64,000 nucleotides of DNA from Candidatus Obscuribacteraceae bacterium (GCA_044226015.1 JBGAHS010000002.1:1043435-1107434), one strand, 5' to 3'. Shown: positions 1-9,407, counted from the first letter of the stretch. A program made the numbers and translations. Notes: generated from the sequence alone by a model not told the origin.

Positions 1-425
1 TTGCTATCTGCAATGATGTGTTTGAGCACCTCTTCGCCTTGCTGTCCATCGACGGGAAGCGCCACTGCTCCGATATACACAGTTGCAAGGTATGCATAAA
101 TCCATTCAGGCGAATTCGCCGCCATCAGCATGATGCGATCACCTTGCTTTATTCCGAGCTGCTGCATTCCGATAGCCAATCGTGTTGCGTTAAGAAACAG
201 TTTTCCAAAAGTAACGGGCTCTGAACCGTCCTTTTTGAATTGCACAAGCGCAGTCTTTTTCTTATGATTTGAAAAATCATTAACAAGGCTTCGCAGCGTA
301 CGCGCGTTTCTCCCTTTTTGCAATGGCAACACCTGATCAGAGCTACTACGTGCGATGACAGTGCCAACAACACTAGTATCGACACCTGAATTATTTGAAC
401 TATTTTTTCTAGCTTGCATTGTCAT
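1..425 (-). CDS. 5' part of an AMP-dependent synthetase / long-chain acyl-CoA ligase (runs off the window's left edge)
   Basis: Not in the ORF track. Manual translation from ATG 425 is open to base 1 and includes GIKQGDRIMLMAANSPEWIYAYLATVYIGAVALPVDG, typical of the N-terminal region of the ANL adenylate-forming family. The ATG overlaps the patatin TGA (ATGA). Confidence 0.8.
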   Translation of the reverse strand, partial: MTMQARKNSSNNSGVDTSVVGTVIARSSSDQVLPLQKGRNARTLRSLVNDFSNHKKKTALVQFKKDGSEPVTFGKLFLNATRLAIGMQQLGIKQGDRIMLMAANSPEWIYAYLATVYIGAVALPVDGQQGEEVLKHIIADS

Positions 426-1495
426 CTGGTTTGTCCTTCAGTGTCTGGATTGACTGACGTTCGTTCTAAGGCATAGGTGTTTTCCAACTTCGCCCTAATT
501 TCTGGCATTAGCTTATCTGCGGCAGCCTCACCGGCGTGAATGCCCTTCCTTACGAGCCGAGCATCTTTGCAGAGTATTGGAATCTCATCACAATTTGGAT
601 AGATCAATATGTCTGCACTCTGTGCTTGATGCTTGTCTGATGCTGCCAGCATTATGTCCGATACGCGCTTTATTACAGAGCGAATGGATTTCAGCTTTTC
701 ATCAGGTTCAGGTCCGATCGCAGTGTCGACAGTGACAGCGATTACCAAATCGCTTTGCTTATCACTAGCTACTTTGACGGGAAGATTGGCCTTCAACCCA
801 CCATCTACATAGAGCTTGCCATCAAATTTACGAGGCGCAAACACCGCAGGAATCGTATTACTAGCCATGACGGCCTCCGGCAATTTCCCCGAAGCCAGAA
901 TTTCCGTTTGACCGTCAGTTAAGTTCGTAGCAACTGCAGCGAATGGAATTCTCAAATCTGAAAACTCATCAGGCAACTTAGACTTGAGCAACGCAAAATA
1001 TCGCTTGCCGCTAGAAAGCCCAGCACTCCGATCAGCAAGATGTAATTTAGACAGCAGTACACTAATGGGATGAATAAATGTTCCTCTCAAAAACAGATTC
1101 ACAGAACCAGCTTTTTGAATCTTCCCACTCGTGAATAGTTCTTCAATTTCTGACAAAGGAGTGCCGGCACAATACATAGCACCAATAAGCGCACCCATGC
1201 TCGTACCCACGACTCCATCAATTTTTATTCCATTTTTTTCAAGGCTTTTAAGCACTCCGATTTCACCAACAACCTTGCAGCCTCCGCCCCCCAGGCACAA
1301 AATAACGCGTTGATGCTTTTGCGGCAAACGCGAAAGGAAATCAACGTTCGGTCGAGCAGCTCGCGACAGGCTAGCATCGTCTCGGACAACACCCTGGTTC
1401 TGGGTTGGATGGTACTCCTCGGCAGCGGCAGCCCACAGCCAACCGTTGTTAGCCAGACTGAGAGAAACTGCCGCTACAAGAGCCAATCGCTTCAT
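422..1495 (-). CDS. Patatin-like phospholipase with N-terminal signal peptide
   Basis: Gly-rich loop LGGGGCK, nucleophile elbow GTSMG, DGG motif. Confidence 0.93.
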   Translation of the reverse strand: MKRLALVAAVSLSLANNGWLWAAAAEEYHPTQNQGVVRDDASLSRAARPNVDFLSRLPQKHQRVILCLGGGGCKVVGEIGVLKSLEKNGIKIDGVVGTSMGALIGAMYCAGTPLSEIEELFTSGKIQKAGSVNLFLRGTFIHPISVLLSKLHLADRSAGLSSGKRYFALLKSKLPDEFSDLRIPFAAVATNLTDGQTEILASGKLPEAVMASNTIPAVFAPRKFDGKLYVDGGLKANLPVKVASDKQSDLVIAVTVDTAIGPEPDEKLKSIRSVIKRVSDIMLAASDKHQAQSADILIYPNCDEIPILCKDARLVRKGIHAGEAAADKLMPEIRAKLENTYALERTSVNPDTEGQTR

Positions 1496-1595
1496 AAAAC
1501 ACCTCAGGCAGACCTTTTACGATCAACTGAAATTAATTCGGTGACATCACGAGCTAACATTTTGAACTCCATTACATTCGCTTTTCGTCAGCTTA

Positions 1596-1620
1596 GACAG
1601 ACGCAAGCGGCTTTGGTTCC
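1596..1620 (-). promoter_or_regulatory. ECF-type promoter GGAAC-N17-GTC (patatin / acyl-CoA ligase operon)
   Basis: Minus strand GGAAC caaagccgcttgcgtct GTCTAAG. Confidence 0.75.
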
Positions 1621-1661
1621 CAATTGTAGATGTATGGCAAATTCGCAAAGCCATAGAACCG

Positions 1662-1686
1662 GGAACCTTTACAGCAAACCCTTGTC
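1662..1686 (+). promoter_or_regulatory. ECF-type promoter GGAAC-N17-GTC (hemerythrin-CBS cluster)
   Basis: GGAAC ctttacagcaaaccctt GTCCAAC. Confidence 0.75.
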
Positions 1687-1707
1687 CAACTAACAGATCA
1701 CTAATTC

Positions 1708-2148
1708 ATGTATGGAGTCCATTTAACACTCATGAACAAACCGACCGAATCCAACGAAAAAAGAGTGTTGTCGAAAGATCACAAAAAGCTCAGCAAGCTC
1801 TTAAACAAGTATGCTGATAGCAATAAGATCACTGATAGAGCCGGTTTAGCGCAATTCCTTGCTTCAGAGTTGCACTCACATCTGAAGTTGGAAGAAAAAA
1901 TGATATTCCCTGGGTTGTCACGGAACCCCGAGGGTGAGCGCGTAATAGGTGAAATGCTGCGGGATCATCACGCGATGATAATGATTATCGATGAATTGCT
2001 TGCGATTTGCACAACAAAAAACGATCTTGCATATCAGTCAAAATTGCAAGACTTGAGAGCTGGGCTCAGTGCCCACATTGAGGAATCAGAACACAACTTC
2101 TTGCCGCGCGCGACCGAATTAAAACTGAATAGACCACTTTCGCATTAG
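1708..2148 (+). CDS. Hemerythrin/HHE cation-binding domain protein (alternative start 1732)
   Basis: DH...HLKLEE.MIFP...DH...HIEESE pattern. Confidence 0.85.
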   Translation: MYGVHLTLMNKPTESNEKRVLSKDHKKLSKLLNKYADSNKITDRAGLAQFLASELHSHLKLEEKMIFPGLSRNPEGERVIGEMLRDHHAMIMIIDELLAICTTKNDLAYQSKLQDLRAGLSAHIEESEHNFLPRATELKLNRPLSH

Positions 2149-2206
2149 CGGGTTTCTGTGCGCTTGAGTGAAAGCCGCTGCCTAAGCAGCTAGCAAAGGA
2201 GACATT

Positions 2207-2398
2207 ATGAAAGATAAAAATGATACGGCATTGGAAGACCAGGATAGCAAAAATAAAGATTCCAACAAACTCGAAAATGGCAAGCCCAAAGATCAAAAAC
2301 AAAATCAAAAAGATGAGTCATTGAAGCAGAAGGGCGAAATGGACAATTCGAAGAACAAGGAATGCGACACGGAAAAGAAAAAGTGTTGTGACAGCTAG
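2207..2398 (+). CDS. Small K/D/N/Q-rich hydrophilic protein
   Basis: AAGGAG RBS before ATG; low-complexity charged sequence; colinear with neighbours. Confidence 0.6.
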   Translation: MKDKNDTALEDQDSKNKDSNKLENGKPKDQKQNQKDESLKQKGEMDNSKNKECDTEKKKCCDS

Positions 2399-2408
2399 GC
2401 ATCTAGTT

Positions 2409-2433
2409 GCGGGGTTGACTCTGTTAACCCCGC
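2409..2433 (+). other. Intergenic stem-loop without a U-tract
   Basis: GCGGGGTTGAC tct GTTAACCCCGC. Confidence 0.5.
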
Positions 2434-2460
2434 CTCTTCCCTTCACCTTAAGGGGCAATT

Positions 2461-2892
2461 ATGAAAATAAAAAGTGTAATGACCGTTGACCCAGTTTGCT
2501 GCTACGTTGAAGAAAGTCCAATGGAAGCAGCCCGGTTAATGGAACAATTCGATGTCGGGGTCATTCCGGTTACAGAGACCCAAGACAGCTTCAAATTAGT
2601 TGGGCTCGTGACCGATAGGGACATAGCACTCTCTGTGGTGGCAAGAGGCAAAGACCCCCAAACCACGACACTCAGCGAGTGCATGAGCAATCGCATCATT
2701 AGCTGCCATCCCAACGACGATGTCCAAGAAGTAATTTCATTAATGCGAGAACATCAAGTACGAAGAATACCTGTAGTGGACGAAGCTAATAATATTGCCG
2801 GCATGGTATCAATTGCCGATCTCGTCAATATAGAGGACGTCAATCCTCTTATGAAGGATATTTCCAAAGAAGAAAATGCCCCTCATGAGTAA
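2461..2892 (+). CDS. CBS domain pair protein
   Basis: VMT..P, VGLVTDRDI, VRRIPVVD, GMVSIADL. Confidence 0.93.
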   Translation: MKIKSVMTVDPVCCYVEESPMEAARLMEQFDVGVIPVTETQDSFKLVGLVTDRDIALSVVARGKDPQTTTLSECMSNRIISCHPNDDVQEVISLMREHQVRRIPVVDEANNIAGMVSIADLVNIEDVNPLMKDISKEENAPHE

Positions 2893-2959
2893 GCGGCGCA
2901 GACGCAAGCTCATTCACACTTGACAAAAACAGTTCTTCCACACAAACAAGGAAAGTATT

Positions 2960-3433
2960 ATGGAAAATGTGTATTTGCTGGAGCTGATTGCGTGCATGGA
3001 GCGCGAAATTGAAGAGCACAATGCAGGTAAATATAGTGGATCTGAAATTCATAGTAACTGCAACGATCGGTTTCAATCTGCAATTGATAAACTAAAAAAT
3101 CAGTACTCGAAACAAGAATTTAATAGAGCGCCAAACTTGCAAGAGGAAGAATGTACTGATGCCTCCGCTAAACGAAAAGTAGTGCGGGGTGAAGAATCAG
3201 AAGGTGCATTGCTGCTTGAAAAATTAGCAAATGAACTCGACCGTCTTGGAATAACAGAGGAAGCGGAACTGGCAAGAGTTCACGCACGCGAATTGCTGGC
3301 TTCCCAGCTAAACGAATTTGATGGATTCAATTATGATGCCGAAGAAGAGAAAAAAGGACCTGCAGTTGTTGATTCAGTGCCCGCGGCTGCACAGCCAGAT
3401 GAATCACAGTACCGCATGGCGGATGGTCCCTAA
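2960..3433 (+). CDS. Hypothetical acidic protein
   Basis: 157-aa ORF with AAGGA RBS. Confidence 0.65.
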   Translation: MENVYLLELIACMEREIEEHNAGKYSGSEIHSNCNDRFQSAIDKLKNQYSKQEFNRAPNLQEEECTDASAKRKVVRGEESEGALLLEKLANELDRLGITEEAELARVHARELLASQLNEFDGFNYDAEEEKKGPAVVDSVPAAAQPDESQYRMADGP

Positions 3434-3452
3434 CACCGGTTTTTGACCTGCA

Positions 3453-3477
3453 GGAACCGCAGTCCAAATACTACGTC
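3453..3477 (+). promoter_or_regulatory. ECF-type promoter GGAAC-N17-GTC
   Basis: GGAAC cgcagtccaaatactac GTCAAC. Confidence 0.75.
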
Positions 3478-3525
3478 AACTGCATCATAAGTTTATTTTG
3501 AAATCTAAGAATGAGGACCGATGCT

Positions 3526-3744
3526 ATGCGTGGGCAAATATTTGACTTGATTGAATACCAGGACAAAGCAAGAGGCACGACAAGCCCCAGAGAATTGTTC
3601 AAGCTCTGGGATGAAGTTTGTAAATACTACGAACAAGGCAATATAGGGCTTTACGAATGGGATGAGATGAAGGAATCGATCTATCCTATGCTTCGCGAAT
3701 TAAACAAAATCAAACACATGATAAATGAAAAAAAAGCAGCATAG
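3526..3744 (+). CDS. Small hypothetical protein (alternative start 3511)
   Basis: GAGG RBS; directly downstream of the promoter motif. Confidence 0.65.
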   Translation: MRGQIFDLIEYQDKARGTTSPRELFKLWDEVCKYYEQGNIGLYEWDEMKESIYPMLRELNKIKHMINEKKAA

Positions 3745-3804
3745 TCGACGAAACCCAAGGCGCTGGAGGCATCTACTTTTCCAGCGCTAACCTAAAGCAA
3801 ATTA

Positions 3805-3829
3805 GGAACTCTGCTCTAGTGACCCCGTC
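3805..3829 (+). promoter_or_regulatory. ECF-type promoter GGAAC-N17-GTC
   Basis: GGAAC tctgctctagtgacccc GTCAAG. Confidence 0.75.
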
Positions 3830-3860
3830 AAGACCCTCACCTAAGAAGGAGGTTATGCAC

Positions 3861-4121
3861 ATGAAAGACCTGATCAAAAAATTGTTCATAGCAGGCTCAG
3901 CCCTATCAATGATCGGTATTGTTAACATGCCAGGCGCGGAAGCAAGAGATCATTGGCGATACTATGAGCCAGGCGGATACCGAACCTATTACAATTTGCC
4001 GATGGGCAGTATCGTAGAAGTTCGCAGAGGCTATGGACCAGGCTTCTACCACAGAGGCAGATGGCACAGAGCATATTTCAACGATGGTCGTTGGGGCGTT
4101 AGAGAACGCATGTACTTCTAG
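3861..4121 (+). CDS. Small secreted G/Y/R/W-rich protein
   Basis: AAGGAGG RBS; signal peptide ending AEA; the ORF-track start at 3819 lies inside the promoter. Confidence 0.75.
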   Translation: MKDLIKKLFIAGSALSMIGIVNMPGAEARDHWRYYEPGGYRTYYNLPMGSIVEVRRGYGPGFYHRGRWHRAYFNDGRWGVRERMYF

Positions 4122-4150
4122 ACGCTAAGCCAAATACTCTTAACCGAGAG

Positions 4151-4191
4151 AGAAGAAAAGCCCTCACTTTTTAAGCGAGGGCTCTTCTTCT
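4151..4191. terminator. Intrinsic terminator-like hairpin
   Basis: AGAAGAAAAGCCCTC...GAGGGCTCTTCTTCT inverted repeat. Confidence 0.65.
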
Positions 4192-4216
4192 GGAACGTTA
4201 TTTTATATCTTGCTTC
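4192..4216 (+). promoter_or_regulatory. One-mismatch ECF-type promoter GGAAC-N17-TTC
   Basis: GGAAC gttattttatatcttgc TTCTAT upstream of the ORF at 4245. Confidence 0.5.
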
Positions 4217-4244
4217 TATCCATCTAGAGAAGGAGAAATGAACG

Positions 4245-4514
4245 ATGTTACCTGATTTAGAACCACCGGTGCGACTGAGTCGCCCAACTCGACGTTTTCG
4301 CTTACGAAAAGACTATGGTGCGCTGATTGAAAAGTACGCTCTTTGTGGCGCCATAATGGGCATCCTCACAATGTTTGTGTTAATAATGACGAGCAGCAAA
4401 TACAGCATTATCGCTCAACTCGGCTTCTTTTACTCTCTTGCTTTGGGAGCTGTAATTGGATGCATGGTTTGCACTTTGCTCGGTTGCGTTGCGTCTGGAT
4501 TGAAAGCAGACTAA
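4245..4514 (+). CDS. Small membrane protein with two TM segments
   Basis: AAGGAG RBS; two hydrophobic stretches. Confidence 0.7.
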   Translation: MLPDLEPPVRLSRPTRRFRLRKDYGALIEKYALCGAIMGILTMFVLIMTSSKYSIIAQLGFFYSLALGAVIGCMVCTLLGCVASGLKAD

Positions 4515-4615
4515 AGAGAAACAAACAGCATACCGATCCTTTTCCTAAGTGGGAACTAGTGATGTCGATTTGGTATCACTAGACCATCTGAAGAATAGAG
4601 AAGAGGAATCAAACA

Positions 4616-5419
4616 ATGAGACTCAGAAAAGCTTTAACCATGGGGCTCTGCGCACTCATGTCAGCGCCATTTATTTGCGCCGCAAGCAGTGCAGGAACAC
4701 TTACCGAAATATGGCCAGTGGCAATGATCAAGAGGGCCACTGTTGCAAAAACGCTAGGCAAGTACGAGCTCGTAGTGCTTATTGATTCTTCAGGGTCAAT
4801 GTCAAAAGCAGATTGCCCAGTGAATATTACTTCAGAACCTAGCGAAGCACAGAGAATTGAAACTGACCCTTCGCTTTTGAGCCGTTGGAAGTGGTCAGAG
4901 AAAGAACTTAAAAAGTTAGAAAAGGATCTAGGTGAGCATACTGGTCCACTCACAGTTCTGACCTTTAATGCTGCAAGCAAACAGCATAACGCAAATTCAT
5001 TGAAGAGCCTCAAGTCAGTTTTCGAGGAGACGAAACCGGGTGGGCAGACGGATACAACTGCTGCTGTAAGGAAGCAACTCGAAGCTTACATGACGCGAGC
5101 TAACTCTCCTGCCGCAAAACCACTTTACCTGGTGGTGATAAGCGATTGTGCACCGGACAACCCCGCCAGCCTCACAAGCACTGTGATTGATGCAAGCAAA
5201 AAGATCGGCAGCAAAAGCGATTCACACATTGCATTCCTGCAAATTGGAAATGATGACCGAGGCGAAAGGTTCTTACAGCGATTAACGCGCGACATTCGCA
5301 AACACAATGGCAACGAAGAATTCGTAAGTACGATGAACTATCGCAACCTTGTTCGAAAGGGGCTGGACATGGCTCTGGTAGAGCTTGCGCAAGCGGCTCC
5401 GAAAGAAGCCACTATGTAA
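4616..5419 (+). CDS. Secreted von Willebrand factor A (VWA) domain protein
   Basis: MIDAS motif VLIDSSGSM, T in GGQTDT, VVISD; signal peptide. Confidence 0.85.
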   Translation: MRLRKALTMGLCALMSAPFICAASSAGTLTEIWPVAMIKRATVAKTLGKYELVVLIDSSGSMSKADCPVNITSEPSEAQRIETDPSLLSRWKWSEKELKKLEKDLGEHTGPLTVLTFNAASKQHNANSLKSLKSVFEETKPGGQTDTTAAVRKQLEAYMTRANSPAAKPLYLVVISDCAPDNPASLTSTVIDASKKIGSKSDSHIAFLQIGNDDRGERFLQRLTRDIRKHNGNEEFVSTMNYRNLVRKGLDMALVELAQAAPKEATM

Positions 5420-5459
5420 TAAATCAATCTGGCAAAGATTAGAAAAATGGAGAACAATA

Positions 5460-6149
5460 ATGCAAGACAAAACTATGAACACTAGCGGTTCATCGCCTGT
5501 CCCAAATGACCAGGGTAAAGCCACTAAACCAAATTTCTCACTGGCAAAAAACAGGCTCGCTTCCAATCCTGGAACAGCACCGGAGACACTGGAAAAACTT
5601 GCCAAAAAGCCGGTAGCACATGTGGTTGAGAGAGTGGCAGAAAATCCACAAACGCCTCCAACGACTCTGGAGAAATTATCTACTCATGAATCTGCAGAAG
5701 TCAGAGGTGCCGTTTCTGAAAACGAAAACACTCCCGAGCAAACAATTAGTGAATTGGCCAAAGACAGCGACCCCGATGTGCGATTTCGAGTAGCCGAAAA
5801 TCCCAAAACACCTACTGAGCTTCTCCATAGCATGTTGGAGGATGAGAATCCGTTTGTCGCAGCACGAGCCAAAGATACACTCGAAGCCAGCCGAAGCTTG
5901 GTACACAGAGCTGATGACCTTTTTTTGAATGACAGGTTCGCGGAAGCGGAAGCCCTATACGACGAGCTAGTAACCAAGTTAGTTGAACTCTTGGGGGAAG
6001 ACCACAGAGAAGTGGCCCTGGCTCTGCATAAACTTGCCGCCACAAAAAAGGGACAGGGTAAGGCTGACGAAGCAGAGAGTATAGCGAACAAAGCGACTAT
6101 CATTTTGGGTGCCAACGAGGAAAGAATAACTCCTATGGCTTCTGAATAA
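5460..6149 (+). CDS. Variant leucine-rich (LRV/HEAT-like) repeat protein with C-terminal TPR
   Basis: Repeated VAENPxTPxxxLxxL units; LGEDHREVALALHKLA TPR; GGAG RBS supports start 5460. Confidence 0.85.
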   Translation: MQDKTMNTSGSSPVPNDQGKATKPNFSLAKNRLASNPGTAPETLEKLAKKPVAHVVERVAENPQTPPTTLEKLSTHESAEVRGAVSENENTPEQTISELAKDSDPDVRFRVAENPKTPTELLHSMLEDENPFVAARAKDTLEASRSLVHRADDLFLNDRFAEAEALYDELVTKLVELLGEDHREVALALHKLAATKKGQGKADEAESIANKATIILGANEERITPMASE

Positions 6150-6160
6150 AGGAGGGTGAA

Positions 6161-6367
6161 GTGTCTACCGGTAACGACGATAAGCAAGATGCTAATGCAG
6201 TTCAAAACGGCTCTGCCAGCCCAGTCAAGTGTGCAAATCCAGAGTGTAAATGCAAAGCGTCAATTGGCGGCGACTCTTGCTGTCAGGTCTGTGCTCAACT
6301 TTCACGGGAAAGCGAAGACAGAGTCTGTGAATGCGGACATGCCGAATGTGGCGGTCCCTTAAGCTAA
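6161..6367 (+). CDS. Bacterial metallothionein-like protein (SmtA/BmtA type)
   Basis: AGGAGG RBS plus GTG; KCANPECKC...CCQVCA...CECGHAEC. Confidence 0.75.
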   Translation: MSTGNDDKQDANAVQNGSASPVKCANPECKCKASIGGDSCCQVCAQLSRESEDRVCECGHAECGGPLS

Positions 6368-6390
6368 GTGCAAACACAAAACATCAGACA

Positions 6391-6429
6391 AGAGAAGAGG
6401 AAGGGTGTGAGCAGCTCTTCCTTTTCTCT
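6391..6429 (+). terminator. Intrinsic terminator-like hairpin
   Basis: AGAGAAGAGGAAGG...CTTCCTTTTCTCT. Confidence 0.55.
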
Positions 6430-6576
6430 TGCAGATTCGTTGGGAGCAACTCTGTTGATTTACACACCTTGCAGTTCATGAGCTTTTCACGGCGCTTTCT
6501 TTAGACTTGTTTATCGCCTAATTATTTAAGCAGACCAACAATCGGTGGTCGTGGATACCGTAGCAGGAGCAGGAAG

Positions 6577-7029
6577 ATGAATCATCCCGATCTAAAAGCC
6601 AGCCAGGACAAAACCACGAAGACCGAAAAGTTTGATGGCAATCTAGCGCACGATACAGAGAATAATTCATCAAGAAAAGAGGACGATAGCAAAATCCCTG
6701 AACATGCAAAAAAGATTGGCATAGCGCTAGACTTTCCACGAACCTGGACTTTTGCCAATAATGAACAATTAGAAGAAGCAGCAAAAATCATAGAAGCGGA
6801 ATTACAACATAACCGAAAAACTGGCATTAAGATGGTTCGCGACTTGATCAAACAACATAAATGCGTTGAAGAGGCATACTCCATTCAAATGGCATTCAAC
6901 AAAGTAGCAACCGAAGACGAAAAATATGAATTATTCGAATGGATGACAAAAGACAGAGAAGCGAGAGCAGCTGATCCGCACAATTTTGCCTCAAACTTTT
7001 TAGACAGATTTAGCTTGATCCACAAATGA
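6577..7029 (+). CDS. Hypothetical protein
   Basis: 150-aa ORF with AGGAG RBS. Confidence 0.65.
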   Translation: MNHPDLKASQDKTTKTEKFDGNLAHDTENNSSRKEDDSKIPEHAKKIGIALDFPRTWTFANNEQLEEAAKIIEAELQHNRKTGIKMVRDLIKQHKCVEEAYSIQMAFNKVATEDEKYELFEWMTKDREARAADPHNFASNFLDRFSLIHK

Positions 7030-7075
7030 ATTCAAACAAAATCTGTCTGAAAGACTCGGATTTCCTCGCAAATCT

Positions 7076-9346
7076 TTACTGCCACATTTGGGAAGTACCG
7101 GCGATTTCCTGAGACTGGGCAGGCTGTGGAGCAATCTCACCCATATCGCCATTCATAGAGGCTGCTCGCATGACTTGCGGATGCTGAGATGGCAAAGCAG
7201 CACTGGCTGTGGTATCAATTGATGCAGCAGCAGTGTCAGTCCATTGACCTGGTGTTGGTTCTCTAAGACTAACAAGAGCCGTATTGAGAGCCATCAAATC
7301 TCCCACTTTGGCAATTCCAGAATCGTAGACCTTCTTAACCAGGGCATTGTATTCAACAACATTGCCTTGCAGAGCAGCGAATCTGTTAGTGAGTGACTGT
7401 TCGTTTGCCAGAGCCGGAGCCGAAGTTGAGACTGCCATCTGCAAATCATACATTTGCGGCACAGATGATATCAGCGCGTGAGCAGGCTTCGGAAAGCTTA
7501 AGCCTTTAGGCATCGGATGACTTTGGTAGAATCCATGCATTACCTGATGCCAGATTCCTGCCATGACCTTACCACCTGTTACGTCTTTATTGGCAATGGG
7601 TTTATTGTGCTCATTACCAGCCCAGACTGTTGTGACAGTATCAGGAGTGAATCCAACGAACCATATATCCTTGCCTTTATCAGCAGTTCCAGTCTTTCCG
7701 GCAACGGGAATTCCTGCTAAGGATGCTCTTGTTCCGGTGCCATAGCGCACAACGTCTTGCAATACGTCAACAAGCTGTGAAACCTTTTCCGAATCAAGTT
7801 GCTTACTACCAACAGCTTGATACACCTTATAATCTTTTCCACTTTCCGTTCGGATAGCACGCACCAGTTGCGGTTGCATAAATACACCACCTCTAGCAAG
7901 AGTGGCATAGGCGGTGGTCATGTTCAGGGGTGACACCGCGCAAGAGCCTAGCGCTAATGACGGGTAAGGGTCAAGTTGCGCATCTAGTCCAGCTGCTCGC
8001 GCAATACAAATCACTTCATTCAGACCAGTTTCGATGGCCACCCTGGCGGCACATACATTTTTGGAGAATGCCAGAGCGTTGCGTGCGGTCATCCAGCCAT
8101 GAAAGCTCTTATCAAAATTCTTCGGCTCCCATACCTTTGAAAATGCATCGGCAGCAACACTCAATGGCGCGTCGTTGATGACGGTTTCTGGCTCGATTGT
8201 GCCTTGCACCAAGCCTGCAAGATAGACAAATGGCTTAAAAATCGAACCTGCAGTGTGAGCCGCAAGAGCTCTATTCCAGTGATTGGCATCGTTAACCCCG
8301 CCAACTATCGCAAGAACGGCGCCATCTTTGACAGACATCGTCACAAGAGCGCCCTGGTCGATTCCCTTGGGAGCATTTTTGATCGCTTTATTTAGCACAC
8401 TCTCCGCAAGTGCTTGGGTTTTAGGATCCAGGTTGGTGTAAACCTTCCACTCTTGGGTCCACATCTTGTCACCTAGCTCTCTTCTAACTTGTTCAAGAAC
8501 CGGTGAAACATAATAAGGCCATCTAAGTTTCTCTGGACCTGACTTAAACACAAGCTTAGTCTTATGCGCTGACAAAAGGTCATTATCCGAGATGTAACCG
8601 CAGACCTCCAGGTCACGCAGAATTTTATCACGACGAGCTAGAGCCAACTGACGATTAGATGGACGCGCCATTTCCGAAGGTTGGCGAATCAACCCAACGA
8701 GGAAGGCAGATTCAGAAAGATTGAGCTGTCCCGCATGTTTATTGAAAAAATGCTGGGCTGCGCGCTCAATTCCATGCACCCCGTCGCCAAAATAGACTTC
8801 ATTGAGATAAGCCTCTAAGATTTTCGCCTTGGAGTAGTGTGTATCTACATACACTGACATGGCCGCCTCTTTCAACTTTCGTTGATAACTGCGATCATTC
8901 TTATCCAAGTATAAATTTCGAACAAGCTGCTGAGTCACTGTGGAAGCGCCCTGGACAATACGCTTAGCCTTATAATTCACTACTGCTGCGCGCGCCATGC
9001 CACCGATATCGATACCATGATGCTCATAAAAGTGCCTGTCCTCTGAAGCGATGACGCCTTCACGAACGTACTTACTCATTTTAGATAGGGGAACTGGCTC
9101 GCAGTCACGGTCGTGATGAACGGTACATAGCAACTTATCGTTTCTATCATAAAGACTTATGCCCTGTTCCGTTTCTCTTAGAGTAGGAAGCTTGACGTTC
9201 TGACTTTCAAAAAGCCCCCAAAAGTAGAGACCGGCGGCACCGATTATAAATAGACTTAAGACAAGCGGAGCCATAAAAGTAGGTGCAACCCACTTTTGCT
9301 TTTCAGTATCGGAGCTAACAATCTTCTCTTTCTCTACAGTATTCAT
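7076..9346 (-). CDS. Class A penicillin-binding protein (transglycosylase + transpeptidase, PBP1A family)
   Basis: N-terminal TM; SEDRHFYEHHGID, GASTVTQQL; SxxK (SIFK), SKN, KTGT. Confidence 0.95.
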   Translation of the reverse strand: MNTVEKEKIVSSDTEKQKWVAPTFMAPLVLSLFIIGAAGLYFWGLFESQNVKLPTLRETEQGISLYDRNDKLLCTVHHDRDCEPVPLSKMSKYVREGVIASEDRHFYEHHGIDIGGMARAAVVNYKAKRIVQGASTVTQQLVRNLYLDKNDRSYQRKLKEAAMSVYVDTHYSKAKILEAYLNEVYFGDGVHGIERAAQHFFNKHAGQLNLSESAFLVGLIRQPSEMARPSNRQLALARRDKILRDLEVCGYISDNDLLSAHKTKLVFKSGPEKLRWPYYVSPVLEQVRRELGDKMWTQEWKVYTNLDPKTQALAESVLNKAIKNAPKGIDQGALVTMSVKDGAVLAIVGGVNDANHWNRALAAHTAGSIFKPFVYLAGLVQGTIEPETVINDAPLSVAADAFSKVWEPKNFDKSFHGWMTARNALAFSKNVCAARVAIETGLNEVICIARAAGLDAQLDPYPSLALGSCAVSPLNMTTAYATLARGGVFMQPQLVRAIRTESGKDYKVYQAVGSKQLDSEKVSQLVDVLQDVVRYGTGTRASLAGIPVAGKTGTADKGKDIWFVGFTPDTVTTVWAGNEHNKPIANKDVTGGKVMAGIWHQVMHGFYQSHPMPKGLSFPKPAHALISSVPQMYDLQMAVSTSAPALANEQSLTNRFAALQGNVVEYNALVKKVYDSGIAKVGDLMALNTALVSLREPTPGQWTDTAAASIDTTASAALPSQHPQVMRAASMNGDMGEIAPQPAQSQEIAGTSQMWQ

Positions 9347-9382
9347 ATTCGTCTACTTCTCGCCATTCTGGACCTCGGCAGA

Positions 9383-9407
9383 GACGCGAGGGCAGCATGA
9401 TCGTTCC
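9383..9407 (-). promoter_or_regulatory. ECF-type promoter GGAAC-N17-GTC (PBP1A)
   Basis: Minus strand GGAAC gatcatgctgccctcgc GTCTCT. Confidence 0.75.
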
